Source: Myxococcota bacterium (GTDB lineage Bacteria > Myxococcota_A > UBA796 > GCA-2862545). From it: a DNA stretch of 64,000 nucleotides. The stretch is from positions 1 through 64,000 of the forward strand of contig JBCCQY010000015.1 in the NCBI GenBank assembly GCA_039208735.1. Direction: 5' to 3'. The notes beneath the pieces are model-generated. The model was not told the DNA's origin. It ran no database searches and saw only the letters and a list, made by a program, of their open reading frames with translations. Numbering within the stretch: the first letter of the stretch is position 1; every line of letters starts with the position of its first letter. Of this stretch, positions 53,478 through 64,000 are shown in pieces. The position numbers and the translations under genes were made by a program.

Positions 53478-54830
53478 ATGTTGGTGCAGCTGCTCGCAGG
53501 GATGGCCTTTGCTGGGGGCTACTACTACTCGGACAGCGGCATCGTCGCGACGGGTCGTGGAGGCGCCTTCGTGGCCGGAGCGAACACGCAATTCGCCCAG
53601 CACTACAACCCGGCTGGCCTCATTCGAATCGAGCGACCTACGGTCAACGTGGGGGCCTCGTTTGTCCAGCAGAACGTCGGCTTTCGGCGGCTGGGTGCGG
53701 ACGGCGATCCGGAGGCCTTCTTTCCCGAGGTCGAAAACCAGGCCTCGCCCTTCGTGATTCCGCAAGGGGGCTTTGCCACGCCGATCGGGGAGGACTTTGC
53801 CTTGGCCGTTGGGTTTTACAGCCCCTTCGCGCCGTCTTCGCTCTACGACGAGGAGGGACCACAGCGGTACTCGATCAAGGACACCCTGATCTACCAGTTC
53901 TCGGTGGGGCCAAGCCTCGCCTGGCAGCCGATCCCCGAACTCACCGTAGGGATCGGGCTGCAATGGCAATACCTTCAGGTCGGTCAGGCGGTCGACATCA
54001 CGCTGAACGGCAATGACGACCCCAGTGGCGACATCGCGGTCGAAGCCCGGGTGGTTGATGCGTTTACGCCGAACGCCAACTTCGGGGTGCTCCTCGAGCC
54101 CATGCCCGAAGTCTCGATCGGAGCGTCCGTGCAGCCCGGCAGTAGCTTTCGAGCTCGTGGCGAAGGCACCCTCGACTTCACCGGCAATACGTTTGAGACG
54201 TTGGGGTTCATCGATCCGGCCCGCTACACCGACGACGACGTGTCGTTGAGCATCCGGCTGCCCTGGGTGCTGCGCGCGGGGGTCGCGGTGCGGCCCCACG
54301 AGTCGCTTGAAATCGAGGGGGCCGTGGTTTGGCAGGGTTGGTCGTCGCTCGGCGACCTGCTGGTGGAAGACATCGACATCACGGTGGCGTCGGACCTGCT
54401 GCCGAAGGATCAACGGCAGGTGGCAGAAGAAATCGCGTTGCCCGCAGGCTTTGATGACACCCTTTCGCTTCGGCTGGGGGCCGAGTGGAAGGCGGCGAAG
54501 GTGCTTTCGCTCCGAGCCGGCGGCTTTTACGAAGATCGATCGTTGACGCCCCAGAATGTTTCGGTGGCCCTGTTTGATACTCGAAAGTTTCAGATTGGCG
54601 GTGGGGCGAGCGTCTTTTTGCTTGATGAGGCACTGCGGTTTGACGTGGCCGCAGCCTACCTCGGGTTTCAGAACCTCCAGATCCGCGACAGCACGGTCAC
54701 CCAAATCGATGCGGGGGTCATCCCCAACGTGGAAACGCAAGTCGTGGGCAATGGGGATCTGCGCGGCAACGGGTGGATTTTAGGGCTACAGGCGCAGCTG
54801 GGCTTTGGGAAGCGGAGAACGGATGACTGA
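53478..54830 (+). CDS. OmpP1/FadL-family outer-membrane transporter
   Basis: GRGGAFVA...YNPAGL N-terminal hatch followed by barrel strands; LPWVLRAG and LRLGAEW. Confidence 0.87.
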   Translation: MLVQLLAGMAFAGGYYYSDSGIVATGRGGAFVAGANTQFAQHYNPAGLIRIERPTVNVGASFVQQNVGFRRLGADGDPEAFFPEVENQASPFVIPQGGFATPIGEDFALAVGFYSPFAPSSLYDEEGPQRYSIKDTLIYQFSVGPSLAWQPIPELTVGIGLQWQYLQVGQAVDITLNGNDDPSGDIAVEARVVDAFTPNANFGVLLEPMPEVSIGASVQPGSSFRARGEGTLDFTGNTFETLGFIDPARYTDDDVSLSIRLPWVLRAGVAVRPHESLEIEGAVVWQGWSSLGDLLVEDIDITVASDLLPKDQRQVAEEIALPAGFDDTLSLRLGAEWKAAKVLSLRAGGFYEDRSLTPQNVSVALFDTRKFQIGGGASVFLLDEALRFDVAAAYLGFQNLQIRDSTVTQIDAGVIPNVETQVVGNGDLRGNGWILGLQAQLGFGKRRTDD

Positions 54831-55737
54831 GGAAACCACGACCCCGGTTCCCGCCTTGATCGTGGCGGGTTGGCTGGGCTCGGGCAAGACAACACTGGTC
54901 GATCATCTGCTGCGGGAAGCGCAGGCCAACGGGGTTCGGCTCGCCATCATCAGCAACGAGTTTGGCGACACAGGTATTGACCGCGCGCTGCTGGACGCGG
55001 GCGAGGAGGGCTTTGTCGAGCTCGATGGCGGCTGCGTGTGTTGCCGACTGTCGGACGCCCTGTCTGAGACGGTCGAGCAGATCGTGCAGGCCGCGAAGCC
55101 CGATCGCTTGGTGCTCGAGTGCTCGGGGGTGGCCCTTCCAGGTGAGGTGGTCATCCAGTTTTGGCGCCCGCCGCTAGATGCGTTGATCAGCGAAGAAGTG
55201 GTGGTGGTGTTGGTGGATGCTGAGCGCGCCGCGGTGGTGCCGGCACCGGACGATCAAACGTTCGAGGAGCAGCTCGAGGCTGCCGATCTCGTGATTCTCA
55301 ACAAGCGGGACTTGGTCGACGATGCGGGCCTCGCACGGGCTAAAGCCCTCGTGGACGAACGAACTGGCGGGCGACCGGTGTTCGTGAGCGAGCGGAGCAA
55401 GGTTGATCCGCAGTTGTTGTTTCCACCGGATCCCGAGGGACTGCGACAGGCCCGTCGCGACCCGCTGGCCCACGAAGCCCCCCACGAACATCTCCATGAA
55501 CGCTTTGTGACCACCGAAATCGCCTTCGACGGGGTGGTCAACGAAGCGGCGGTGCGTGAACGGGTCCTCGCGGAAGGTGCATTGCGCACGAAGGGCTTCG
55601 TCAACACGGACAACGGCATTCGAGTGGTGCAAGGGGTTGGACCCCGCATCGAGATTCGCCCTCCGACCCGGCCCGTGCCGCCCGATCTCGTCGGGAAGGT
55701 CGTGGTGATTCATCGGGACGCCTCGGATCATGCATGA
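54823..55737 (+). CDS. CobW/COG0523 G3E metallochaperone GTPase
   Basis: [29 protein letters not shown] and RTKG motifs; short His patch. Confidence 0.9.
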   Translation: MTEETTTPVPALIVAGWLGSGKTTLVDHLLREAQANGVRLAIISNEFGDTGIDRALLDAGEEGFVELDGGCVCCRLSDALSETVEQIVQAAKPDRLVLECSGVALPGEVVIQFWRPPLDALISEEVVVVLVDAERAAVVPAPDDQTFEEQLEAADLVILNKRDLVDDAGLARAKALVDERTGGRPVFVSERSKVDPQLLFPPDPEGLRQARRDPLAHEAPHEHLHERFVTTEIAFDGVVNEAAVRERVLAEGALRTKGFVNTDNGIRVVQGVGPRIEIRPPTRPVPPDLVGKVVVIHRDASDHA

Positions 55738-56534
55738 CGCCGCTGGCGCTCACGATCGCGGGTTCAGACTCCGGAGGGGGCGCGGGCGTCCAGGCTGACC
55801 TCAAGACCTTCGCTGACCTCGGGGTGTTTGGCACGTCGGCGATCACGGCTCTGACCGCGCAAAACAGTCAGGGTGTGCATCGGGTGGACGCGGTTCCCGT
55901 CGAAGGATTGGTGGCGCAGATTCGCGCGGTGATGGACGATTTCGAAGTTCACGCCGTTAAGATCGGAATGCTCGGCTCAGCCGCCCATGTTTCGGCCACG
56001 GCTGCGGCCCTGCGAAGCCTTGAAGAACGGCCACCCATCGTGCTCGATCCCGTGATGGTGGCCAGTACGGGCCACCGTTTGCTCGAGCCGGATGCCGAGG
56101 CGGCGCTGGTCCGCGAACTTATGCCCCTCGCCACCGTCGTGACCCCCAACCTCGATGAAGCAGCGGTCTTGGCGGGACGCTCAACGCAGGAGGCTCTCGT
56201 GGCGTGGGCGAAGGCGCAGTCCGTGGCGGTGTTGCTCACCGGAGGTGATGTCGTGGGCGACACCATCCACGATGTGTTGGTGGCCAACGGGGCGATCGCC
56301 CGCCAATGGAACCACCCTCGGGTGGGGAATCGTCCGTTTCACGGCACTGGATGCACGACTTCCTCCGCGATTGCGGCGGGGCTGGCCCGGGGCCAGGGTC
56401 TTGTCGATGCCATAGATCAAGCCATTGCCTACGTCCAGGATCGGATTGCGGATGCTCATCGGGGGTCCGTGGGTCAGGGCAACCCCTCGCTCATTCACGG
56501 TCGGGGGCGGCATCCGGCTTGGGCGAACGAGTGA
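55734..56534 (+). CDS. thiD: HMP/HMP-P kinase
   Basis: [41 protein letters not shown] and HGTGCT motifs. Confidence 0.93.
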   Translation: MTPLALTIAGSDSGGGAGVQADLKTFADLGVFGTSAITALTAQNSQGVHRVDAVPVEGLVAQIRAVMDDFEVHAVKIGMLGSAAHVSATAAALRSLEERPPIVLDPVMVASTGHRLLEPDAEAALVRELMPLATVVTPNLDEAAVLAGRSTQEALVAWAKAQSVAVLLTGGDVVGDTIHDVLVANGAIARQWNHPRVGNRPFHGTGCTTSSAIAAGLARGQGLVDAIDQAIAYVQDRIADAHRGSVGQGNPSLIHGRGRHPAWANE

Positions 56535-57015
56535 ACGCCAGGCGCAGCTCCAGAGCGACCCTTCGGGCCTGCCATCCGTAGAGCAACGTCAGCACCGCCC
56601 CGAGGATCGTGAATACGGGCACCATCACGGCACCATCGCCACGTTCGGTCGCCAGCAACGCTCCCCACACGAGGGCCAGGCCGAGGGTCCAGGGTGGAGA
56701 CCACAACACCCGCAGCGTCGTGCCTTGAGGGGTCTCGCGAAATCGGACCACCCCATGCAAGCCGATCGGCACGCGCCGTTCGCCGGGCCGGGCCCAGAAT
56801 CGCGCGCGGTTTCCGCGGACGGCCCAGCTCACAAGCGATGTTTCGCCTTGGTCTTCGGGCTTGCCAGGGACCGGTGGAAGTTCGGCGCCCAGGGGCAGTC
56901 CGATGTCATGGTAGAGCGGCGTCCAGAAGCGAGGAAACACCTGCGTCTCAAGGACTAGCCCTCCCAGCAGGATGCCGGCCGCGGCCAAGGCGGCCTGTAG
57001 TCCGCTTGGATCCAC
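56491..57015 (-). CDS. Hypothetical membrane protein
   Basis: Three hydrophobic segments; GTG start 1 nt after the upstream stop. Confidence 0.6.
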   Translation of the reverse strand: MDPSGLQAALAAAGILLGGLVLETQVFPRFWTPLYHDIGLPLGAELPPVPGKPEDQGETSLVSWAVRGNRARFWARPGERRVPIGLHGVVRFRETPQGTTLRVLWSPPWTLGLALVWGALLATERGDGAVMVPVFTILGAVLTLLYGWQARRVALELRLAFTRSPKPDAAPDRE

Positions 57016-57016
57016 G

Positions 57017-57730
57017 CTAGCCGCCCCGCATGGCGAGGAAGGTGGCGTAGTCTGGCGCCTGGAGCATCGTGTTCGTTTTGCGCACCTCGGACAGCGCGGC
57101 GTGGGGCTGCGCTCCGTAGTCATGACCAGGGTAGAGCACGAGATCCGATGGCAAGGCCAGCAATCGTTCGTTCAGCGTCCGCCACATCTCTTCCACGTTG
57201 CCCCCTGGCAGATCGGTGCGGCCGCAACCTTGCAGGAACAGCGTGTCGCCCGACACCAATGCCTGGCCACAGCGGAAACACTGCGATCCTTCGGTATGCC
57301 CGGGCGTATGGAGGCACTCGATTTCGACGTTCCCCACCGTCACCCGATGCCCATTCTGCACCGGCGTGAGGTCGCTCGGCGCAAGTCCCGTCATGACTTG
57401 GACCCAGGGTTGGTCTGCCTCGTGGACATAGATCGGGACGTCGGCGAGTTCGCGAAACCGCGCGAGCCCCTGCACGTCGTGGCCCATGAGATTTCCGCCC
57501 ACGTGATCGGGATGCCAGTGACTGATCAGGGCCCCGCGAAGCGTCATACCGTCAGCCTGGATCTTGGCTACGATGCCGTCGACGTCCCAAGCGGGATCGA
57601 CCACCACGCACTCGCGGGTGTCGGCGTCCCCAAGCAGGTAGACGAAGTTTTCCATCTGACGCGCCACCGGATCATCGGTGGCGAAGTCGTGGCCCGCGTG
57701 AAGCTGGCGCAGGTAGGTAGGTTGCTTCAT
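57017..57730 (-). CDS. MBL-fold hydrolase (glyoxalase II/HAGH-like)
   Basis: [26 protein letters not shown] and YPGHDY motifs. Confidence 0.88.
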   Translation of the reverse strand: MKQPTYLRQLHAGHDFATDDPVARQMENFVYLLGDADTRECVVVDPAWDVDGIVAKIQADGMTLRGALISHWHPDHVGGNLMGHDVQGLARFRELADVPIYVHEADQPWVQVMTGLAPSDLTPVQNGHRVTVGNVEIECLHTPGHTEGSQCFRCGQALVSGDTLFLQGCGRTDLPGGNVEEMWRTLNERLLALPSDLVLYPGHDYGAQPHAALSEVRKTNTMLQAPDYATFLAMRGG

Positions 57731-57757
57731 GGCGGCTTCCTACCATCGGAGGGCAGC

Positions 57758-58732
57758 TTGGAGCAGCGGCAGTTGGGCGAAGCGGGGCTTCGCGTCGGAG
57801 CCATCGGGCTTGGCTGCATGGGGATGAGCGAGATCTACGGCACGGCGGATCCCGTCGAGGCGGTCTCGGTGATTCACCAGGCCGTAGACGCAGGCGCCAA
57901 CCTCCTCGACACGGCTGACATGTACGGGCCCTTCGAAAACGAAAAGCTCGTCGGTCGCGCCATCGCGGATCGACGCGATCGGGTGGTGGTCGCCACGAAG
58001 TTTGCGGTCCTACGGGGTCCGGACGGCAGCTTCCGGGGCCTAAGAGGCGATGCCGCCTACGTCCATGAGGCCTGTGACGCTTCGCTGCAGCGGCTCGGCG
58101 TCGACTACATCGACCTGTACTTTCTCCATCGGGTGGACCCCCAGACGCCCATCGAGGAGACCGTCGGGGCCATGTCGCTACTCGTCGACCAGGGCAAGGT
58201 CCGGCATCTCGGACTGGTGGAAGCGGGATCGGAAACGCTGCGTCGGGCGGCCGCGGTTCATCCCATTGCGGCTCTGCAAAGTGAATGGTCGATCTGGTCG
58301 CGTGACATCGAGGACGCGGTGGTCTCGACCTGCCGAGAACTCGGCATTGGCCTGGTGGCGGCCTCTCCCTTAGGGCGGGGCTTTCTTACAGGACGATTTC
58401 GTGCTCCCACCGACTTCGAGCCGGGGGACTATCGTTCGACCAACCCTCGCTTCGAAGACGAAGCGTTCGCGCGAAACTTGTCGATCGTTGAGACCGTGCG
58501 AGAGATCGCCCAGACCCATCAGGTTTCCGCCGCCCAGGTGGCAATTGCGTGGGTGCTGGCGCAAGGGAGCGATGTGGTGCCGATCCCGGGGACGAAGCGC
58601 CAGGCGTTCCTCACCGACAACCTCAAGGCGGCCGACCTTGTACTTTCCGAGGACGATCTGGCCCGTCTCGAACCGCTTGCGGCCGCGGTCACCGGCGATC
58701 GGTACGCCGACATGTCGACCATCGGGCGGTGA
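57758..58732 (+). CDS. Aldo/keto reductase
   Basis: [37 protein letters not shown] and PIPGT motifs; TTG start with GGAGGG SD. Confidence 0.92.
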   Translation: MEQRQLGEAGLRVGAIGLGCMGMSEIYGTADPVEAVSVIHQAVDAGANLLDTADMYGPFENEKLVGRAIADRRDRVVVATKFAVLRGPDGSFRGLRGDAAYVHEACDASLQRLGVDYIDLYFLHRVDPQTPIEETVGAMSLLVDQGKVRHLGLVEAGSETLRRAAAVHPIAALQSEWSIWSRDIEDAVVSTCRELGIGLVAASPLGRGFLTGRFRAPTDFEPGDYRSTNPRFEDEAFARNLSIVETVREIAQTHQVSAAQVAIAWVLAQGSDVVPIPGTKRQAFLTDNLKAADLVLSEDDLARLEPLAAAVTGDRYADMSTIGR

Positions 58733-58785
58733 GCGCTTACTGCCATCCTCGCACCCTGGGCGAATAACGCCCCCTGGAGGACCCC

Positions 58786-60150
58786 ATGGCTGGCCCCGAC
58801 CGTCGAATTTCCATCTCTCGATTGCTCGCCAATGGCGTTGAAGGCAATCCGGTGGTGGTGAATGGTTGGGTCAAGACCTCACGGTTCTCGAAGAATGTGA
58901 GCTTCGTCCACCTGTTCGATGGCTCCACTCCGAAGACGCTGCAAATCGTGCTTCCGGCCGATGCCGACGAAGAACTCACGAAGCGCCTTGGGGTAGGGGC
59001 TGCCGTGCAGGTCACGGGCACGTGGGTCGCGTCGCAGGGCGCGGAACAGGCCCTTGAAGTGCTCGCGGACTCGATCGAGGTGGTGGGAGACTGCGACCCG
59101 ACCGTTTACCCCATTCGCAAGAGCGGCAAAAAGCAAAAGGGCGTGAGCCTCGAACTCCTTCGAGGCATGCCGCATTTGCGCCCGCGGACCAACACACTGC
59201 AGTCGGTGTTTCGTGTGCGCAACGCATTGGCGTGGCACATCCATCGCTTCTTTCAGGAGCGAGGATTTCTGTGGATCCACACGCCCATCATCACGCGGGC
59301 CGATGCCGAAGGGGCCGGAGAGGTCTTTCCGATCGGCAACGCGGGGGAATTCTTCGGACATCCCGCGTTTCTCACGGTTTCGGGCCAGTTGGACGTGGAG
59401 TCGTTCGCGCAGTCGCATACCGATGTCTACACGTTCGGACCTACCTTTCGGGCCGAGAACTCGAACACCCCACGCCACGTGGCCGAGTTCTGGATGATCG
59501 AGCCGGAAATGGCGTTCGCCAACCTCGATGATGTCATCGCGCTGGCCGAGTCCTTCATTCGGGAGGTGACCGTCGCGGTGCACGAACAGTGCGCGGATGA
59601 CTTTGCCTTCTTCGATCTGCGCATCCAAAAAGGGGTCGTCGAACAGGTCAAGGAAGCCGTCAGCAAGCCGTTCGCCCGCATGACGCACCGTGAGGCGATG
59701 GACGTGCTGGCAAAGTCCGGGCAGGACTTCGAGTACCCTGTGGGTCCGGGCGCCGACATTCAGACCGAACACGAACGCTTCCTGGCCGACGAGGTGGTCA
59801 AGGGGCCGGTGTTCGTGACGGACTACCCGGTCGAGCAAAAGGCGTTCTACATGCGGCTCAACGACGGCGGCGACACGGTTGCCGCCACCGACCTGCTCAT
59901 GCCGCGTTTGGGAGAAATCATCGGCGGCTCCCAGCGTGAGGAGCGCCTCGACGTATTGGTGGCCCAGATGGAGCGTCGTGGGATGGACCCGTCGCACCTT
60001 GATTGGTACCTCGACCTTCGCCGCTTCGGGTCGACCCCGCACGGCGGCTTTGGGCTTGGTTTTGAGCGCATGTTGATGTGGCTTACGGGCATGAGCAACA
60101 TCCGCGACGTGATTCCCTACCCGCGCACCCCAGGTCCGTTCACGTTGTGA
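58786..60150 (+). CDS. asnS: Asparagine--tRNA ligase
   Basis: LTVSGQL, FGPTFRAENSNTPRH.AEFWMIEPE, EIIGGSQRE and GLGFER motifs. Confidence 0.95.
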   Translation: MAGPDRRISISRLLANGVEGNPVVVNGWVKTSRFSKNVSFVHLFDGSTPKTLQIVLPADADEELTKRLGVGAAVQVTGTWVASQGAEQALEVLADSIEVVGDCDPTVYPIRKSGKKQKGVSLELLRGMPHLRPRTNTLQSVFRVRNALAWHIHRFFQERGFLWIHTPIITRADAEGAGEVFPIGNAGEFFGHPAFLTVSGQLDVESFAQSHTDVYTFGPTFRAENSNTPRHVAEFWMIEPEMAFANLDDVIALAESFIREVTVAVHEQCADDFAFFDLRIQKGVVEQVKEAVSKPFARMTHREAMDVLAKSGQDFEYPVGPGADIQTEHERFLADEVVKGPVFVTDYPVEQKAFYMRLNDGGDTVAATDLLMPRLGEIIGGSQREERLDVLVAQMERRGMDPSHLDWYLDLRRFGSTPHGGFGLGFERMLMWLTGMSNIRDVIPYPRTPGPFTL

Positions 60151-60153
60151 GTC

Positions 60154-62364
60154 TCAGCGGGGACTGAACAGGAACGGGTAGCTCACGATCACGATGCCCC
60201 CACCCTTGGGGGCCAAGAACTTGAGTCGGCGGAAGACTCCGACGAGGCAGCTCTCAACTTGGTCGTGGTTCAGCGTCGAGGACTTGATCGAGGCGGCGCT
60301 GACCGATCCGTCGGCAGCGATCGTGAACTTCACGACGACCTTGCCCGCAAGGGTATGGTTGCTCTGCAAGGAACGCTCGTAGCAGTAGCGGATCTTGTTC
60401 ATGTTCCGCTTGATGACGTCGTCGACGGGCGAGCGGTCGAGTGAACCGAGAATGATGGGATCGGATCGGATCGCGCCCAAATTTCCGCCTCCGCCCACGC
60501 CGGATCCTCGCAACCCCAGACCCCCTACGCCGGTGGCGGCGATGCCTGCGGTACCCGCCGGGAGCAGGGTCTCCACCTTCACCGGGAGGTTCGGACCGGT
60601 ACGGTACCAGGGCGAATCGCCGCACGGCGACGGCGTGATGTCGGTCGCCACGAGGCTCGTGTAGGTCGAAACCAGGTGGTGCTCGAGGGCAATGGGCACC
60701 ACAGTCGCCTTCTTTTGCTCCGATGTCGTCTCGAGATTGCGTTCCGCCTCGCGGATCGCTTCACGGGCCCAGTAGGTAGGCACCGCTTCGTGGGTTCGGA
60801 TGGTGTGAGGGTCGAGCCAGACGTCGTAGGTGACCCGCTGCAGCCCTCGTCGTCCATGAACCTGAATCTTGGTCGGGACCACGGTGTCCGTTCGACCCAC
60901 GATGCGCAGCGACTGGCCCGCGAAAAGGTCGGGAATCACGCTTGGCACTTGATCACGGATCACCAGGGATCCGAGGTCGAGTTCGATGTCGGTGAGCACG
61001 GGTGTGGCAATGCGGTCGGCAAACGCCTGGATGGGCTCTTCCACGGGGGTATCCAACAGGGCGTAGAGCGCATCGCCACGGCCATGAAACGCAAGCTCCT
61101 CGATGAGGCCTCGATTCGGGCTCGAGCCGACACCGAGCGCGAAGATGCGGTCGTTGTCGGAGAGATGGTCGCGCGTGGTGTGGAACACCTCTTGGTCATT
61201 GCCGATGTAGCCGTCCGTCAGCAGCAGCACGATCCGCAGGGCATCGGGATTCCCTGGCATCGTCAGGGCTTCGACGATGCCGGCTGTCATCTCGGTTCCC
61301 CCACCCACGAACGCCTGCATCCACCCTTTGGCTTGGGCCCGATGGTCCCCTGTCGCAGGCTGGGGCGTGCTGAACAGTGCGCTCGAGGCGCTTGAGAACT
61401 TCACGAGGTTGAAGGTGTCATCAGGACGCAGATCATCGATGGCTTCCTCCACCAACCGCACCGTCGCATCCCACGGCACGCCGTTCATCGAGCACGACGC
61501 ATCCATCACGAACACCAGCTCGCGCGGGGTGTGGACATCGATCGTGGCGAGCGGCGGGGGCTCGATGCGAATCGCGATGGTTGCGTCATCGGCAGGGTCG
61601 GGTCGGGCTACGAGCGCCGCCACCGACGGCGTTTTCGTCGCCAAGGACCACGCCACATGCACGTCTTTGTTGGGTACGTCGTCGCCGTCCGCCAAGGTGA
61701 TGCGGGCGCCCGTGGGGGTGTCGGTGATGTCGATGGTGTGAGAGTCGGAGTAGATCGACCCCAGTGGCAGCCCTTCGTCGAGGGTCAGCGCAACGTCGAT
61801 GCGCCGTCCAGCGTCGGGCCCGAACGGAGGCAGATCCAAGTCACGCGGATCGTAGCGTTCTCCCACCGTTGTAGGAAAGACCAATGACCAAACTTCGGCC
61901 TTTGGTTCCAGCGCCTCGACGTACTGGAGCGAGACCTCGACGACCTCTCCGGGACAGAGGCGTCCGACTTCCTGGGTGAACACGTCCGGTCGTTGCTGTT
62001 CGAGAAGTGCGGCCTTCCGCCCCTGCTGAACAGCTTGTTCGTAGGCTTTGCGCGCGGCCTCCTTCTCGTCGACGTGGGCGACGAGTTCGCGGTCCCCGCA
62101 GGTCAGGGTCATCGCGCGCACCGCAGCCCCGGGGGACAGCGGAAAGACATAGGTCGCATCCATGGGCACGTCGTAGGGATTGTGGAACGTCTGCCGAACA
62201 TCCACCACGGCCATGCCCCACTGCACCATCGCGTCGACGTCGGTGTGGAGCAAGACCAAGGGTCCTGCTTCCCCCAGCAGTCCAACCTCGGTTTGGGGGG
62301 ACTTTGCCATCGCGGGTAGTGTGACCATAAAGGCCATCCACATCAGCACCATCCATCGCACCAT
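60154..62364 (-). CDS. Secreted VIT + vWA protein with a C-terminal AgmX/PglI (TonB-C-like) domain
   Basis: VIT: QTFHNP...YVFPL...ARKAYEQA. MIDAS: DASCSM, GGT, LTDG. C-terminus IRYCYERSL..GKVVVKFTI...VSYPFLF. GGAGG SD. Confidence 0.87.
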   Translation of the reverse strand: MVRWMVLMWMAFMVTLPAMAKSPQTEVGLLGEAGPLVLLHTDVDAMVQWGMAVVDVRQTFHNPYDVPMDATYVFPLSPGAAVRAMTLTCGDRELVAHVDEKEAARKAYEQAVQQGRKAALLEQQRPDVFTQEVGRLCPGEVVEVSLQYVEALEPKAEVWSLVFPTTVGERYDPRDLDLPPFGPDAGRRIDVALTLDEGLPLGSIYSDSHTIDITDTPTGARITLADGDDVPNKDVHVAWSLATKTPSVAALVARPDPADDATIAIRIEPPPLATIDVHTPRELVFVMDASCSMNGVPWDATVRLVEEAIDDLRPDDTFNLVKFSSASSALFSTPQPATGDHRAQAKGWMQAFVGGGTEMTAGIVEALTMPGNPDALRIVLLLTDGYIGNDQEVFHTTRDHLSDNDRIFALGVGSSPNRGLIEELAFHGRGDALYALLDTPVEEPIQAFADRIATPVLTDIELDLGSLVIRDQVPSVIPDLFAGQSLRIVGRTDTVVPTKIQVHGRRGLQRVTYDVWLDPHTIRTHEAVPTYWAREAIREAERNLETTSEQKKATVVPIALEHHLVSTYTSLVATDITPSPCGDSPWYRTGPNLPVKVETLLPAGTAGIAATGVGGLGLRGSGVGGGGNLGAIRSDPIILGSLDRSPVDDVIKRNMNKIRYCYERSLQSNHTLAGKVVVKFTIAADGSVSAASIKSSTLNHDQVESCLVGVFRRLKFLAPKGGGIVIVSYPFLFSPR

Positions 62365-62486
62365 GACCACCTCCTGTTGGAGCGGTTGGTTGCCAACGTG
62401 GCGGGAGGGTTCGTCCGCGAAGCGTCAGGACCGTGTCAGTGCGATGTGAGGGGTGAAGACGTGGACAGTGCACTACAGAAGTCCCG

Positions 62487-63740
62487 ATGGAACTCTTCTG
62501 CGGATCGTCTCCCGGCCCACAACCGGTGCCCCTCGGAGTTCCTCAACTCCGTGACGATCTACCTGGTTCACTCTGGATTCCCACGTCCGAACGTCACGGT
62601 TGGGCGCTCGTCAAGGGCGGGCAAGGCCCCGCCGACCTCAAACCGTTGGTGGGCTGGGTTCCCGAGGTCATCGGGCAATTGTTGGACCGCATTGACGACC
62701 CCGTAGCGCAAGATCTCTGGCAGACGTCCACCCCGAACGCTGCGGATGTGCTTGTCGACTGGTTGAGCGACCACCACCCCATCGTAGGGCGGGCCGTTCA
62801 AGCCCTCGTGGCCCGGTCACGAGACCCGATGCAAAGCGATTGGGTACCGCCGATCCATCCGCATTCGATCAATGGAAACCCGGTTTGGGGCTACCGAGCG
62901 GACGATGCAGCGTGCCAACTTCGAGGGCTCAGCGAGGGGCCAGCCCTTCGTGCCACTCTGCCTGCGACCGATGACGCGCTGGTCGAAGTCTTGCTTCCGG
63001 CCCTCGGGGTCACGGACGTGGGCTACCACGTCATCGACGCGGACTACCTGAACGGCTTTCCTGCGGAGCAAGTTGAGACGCAACTCGCGAAGACCGCAGC
63101 ACGCCCTGAGGGGTCCTTCGAGGAGGTGGTGAACCGACTGGCCACCCGCGCTTGGACAGGAGCGGAGCCCGGGGTTCGCTGGCTTGCGTGGATCGATGCG
63201 CTGGACGACGCCCAACTGCGGAGGGCCGGACAAGCATTGAACATGGCCCACTGCGATTGGACGAACCCTCGCACTCAGGTGTGGCAAGCACTCGTCATGC
63301 AGCTGTTGGACGCGAATCGGACCGCGCAACAACGGGCCGACACCTTTGCTCGTCCTCCGCCGGTGTCAAAGGGCCACCTTTCGCTTTGGGAGACTCGCTT
63401 TCAGATCCGGCTTCCCAATGCCCTTCGGTATTGGTTCACCCGGGTGAGCGACACCGTGGGCATACCGTTTTGGTATGACTACGACTTCCCGGCGTACTAC
63501 CTCACGATCGGCGCGCACACACCGGTACGAACTCAGAACAACGTCGACCTGTTTGTCGAACACGGACCGCGAATCCGCGAAGACGTCTGGACCTTGCGGC
63601 CCAACGGACAGATTGTGCGGTTTGCCGACATTCGGCGCAGCAATCCGCGGCCTGTGGACGCACCGGCTTGTCTGGCGTTCCTGTACTTCGACGCGCTAGT
63701 CGGTCACGAGCTCCCAGGTCCGTGGATGGGCGAGTCGTAG
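62487..63740 (+). CDS. Hypothetical protein with a possible C-terminal SMI1/KNR4-like segment
   Basis: Long ORF between flanking genes; LSLWETRFQIRLPNALRYWF. Confidence 0.6.
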   Translation: MELFCGSSPGPQPVPLGVPQLRDDLPGSLWIPTSERHGWALVKGGQGPADLKPLVGWVPEVIGQLLDRIDDPVAQDLWQTSTPNAADVLVDWLSDHHPIVGRAVQALVARSRDPMQSDWVPPIHPHSINGNPVWGYRADDAACQLRGLSEGPALRATLPATDDALVEVLLPALGVTDVGYHVIDADYLNGFPAEQVETQLAKTAARPEGSFEEVVNRLATRAWTGAEPGVRWLAWIDALDDAQLRRAGQALNMAHCDWTNPRTQVWQALVMQLLDANRTAQQRADTFARPPPVSKGHLSLWETRFQIRLPNALRYWFTRVSDTVGIPFWYDYDFPAYYLTIGAHTPVRTQNNVDLFVEHGPRIREDVWTLRPNGQIVRFADIRRSNPRPVDAPACLAFLYFDALVGHELPGPWMGES

Positions 63741-63747
63741 GCCTGGG

Positions 63748-64000
63748 TCACACGAAGAAGTGCTGCATCAACCGCACCATGGGGGCGTGGTCGTGGGTGC
63801 CGGCCTGCTCGCGGGCCGAGTGCATCGAGAGCATCGGGTTGCCGACATCGATGGCGGTGACACCGAGGCGCGCGGCGAGCATGGGACCAACCGTGCTGCC
63901 GCAGCGCAGGTCGGCTCGATTGACGAACACCTGCGGCGTGACATCGGCTCGCTCGCAAATCAACGCGAGTTCGGCGGTGCTCACGCCTTCGGTGGTGTAG
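63748..64000 (-). CDS. M18 aspartyl aminopeptidase, C-terminal part (5' end beyond the window)
   Basis: CGSTVGPM, DVGNPMLSMHSARE and FF end. Confidence 0.88.
   Translation of the reverse strand, partial: YTTEGVSTAELALICERADVTPQVFVNRADLRCGSTVGPMLAARLGVTAIDVGNPMLSMHSAREQAGTHDHAPMVRLMQHFFV

Noticed and set aside
56972..57757. Apparent N-terminal extension of the aldo/keto reductase
   Set aside because: Antisense to the MBL hydrolase; the true start is TTG 57758 with an SD.

Overview
GC-rich, very densely packed bacterial chromosomal segment with about 55 CDS. The lineage is most consistent with Myxococcota (inferred from an AgmX/PglI-type C-terminal domain, a TSP3-OmpA barrel protein, a Hanks kinase, an ECF/FecR-type module and an Asp-x repeat lipoprotein). 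I found no rRNA, tRNA, CRISPR array or mobile element. Housekeeping genes include purE, purK, murB, eno, asnS, ettA, tex, lhr, gor, sufE, tldD/pmbA and thiD. There is also a TetR-headed fatty-acyl-CoA operon with a visible operator palindrome, and a TRAP transporter. The best candidate for an undescribed system is a translationally coupled pair at 21903-27112: an intact HSP90-like GHKL ATPase, followed by a 1128-aa paralogue that keeps the HSP90 landmarks, has lost the catalytic residues and carries internal repeats. Other notable observations are (i) uncharged 12-residue signal peptides on several exported proteins, (ii) a TA dinucleotide at -12/-13 before the ATG of seven unit-leading genes, suggesting leaderless promoters, (iii) a four-gene beta-helix/barrel/ECF/anti-sigma cassette with no TonB-dependent receptor, (iv) a sensor-less pseudo-histidine kinase coupled to a Ser/Thr kinase, and (v) a probable CTG start for murB. 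All product calls come from reading motifs by eye; no database search was run.
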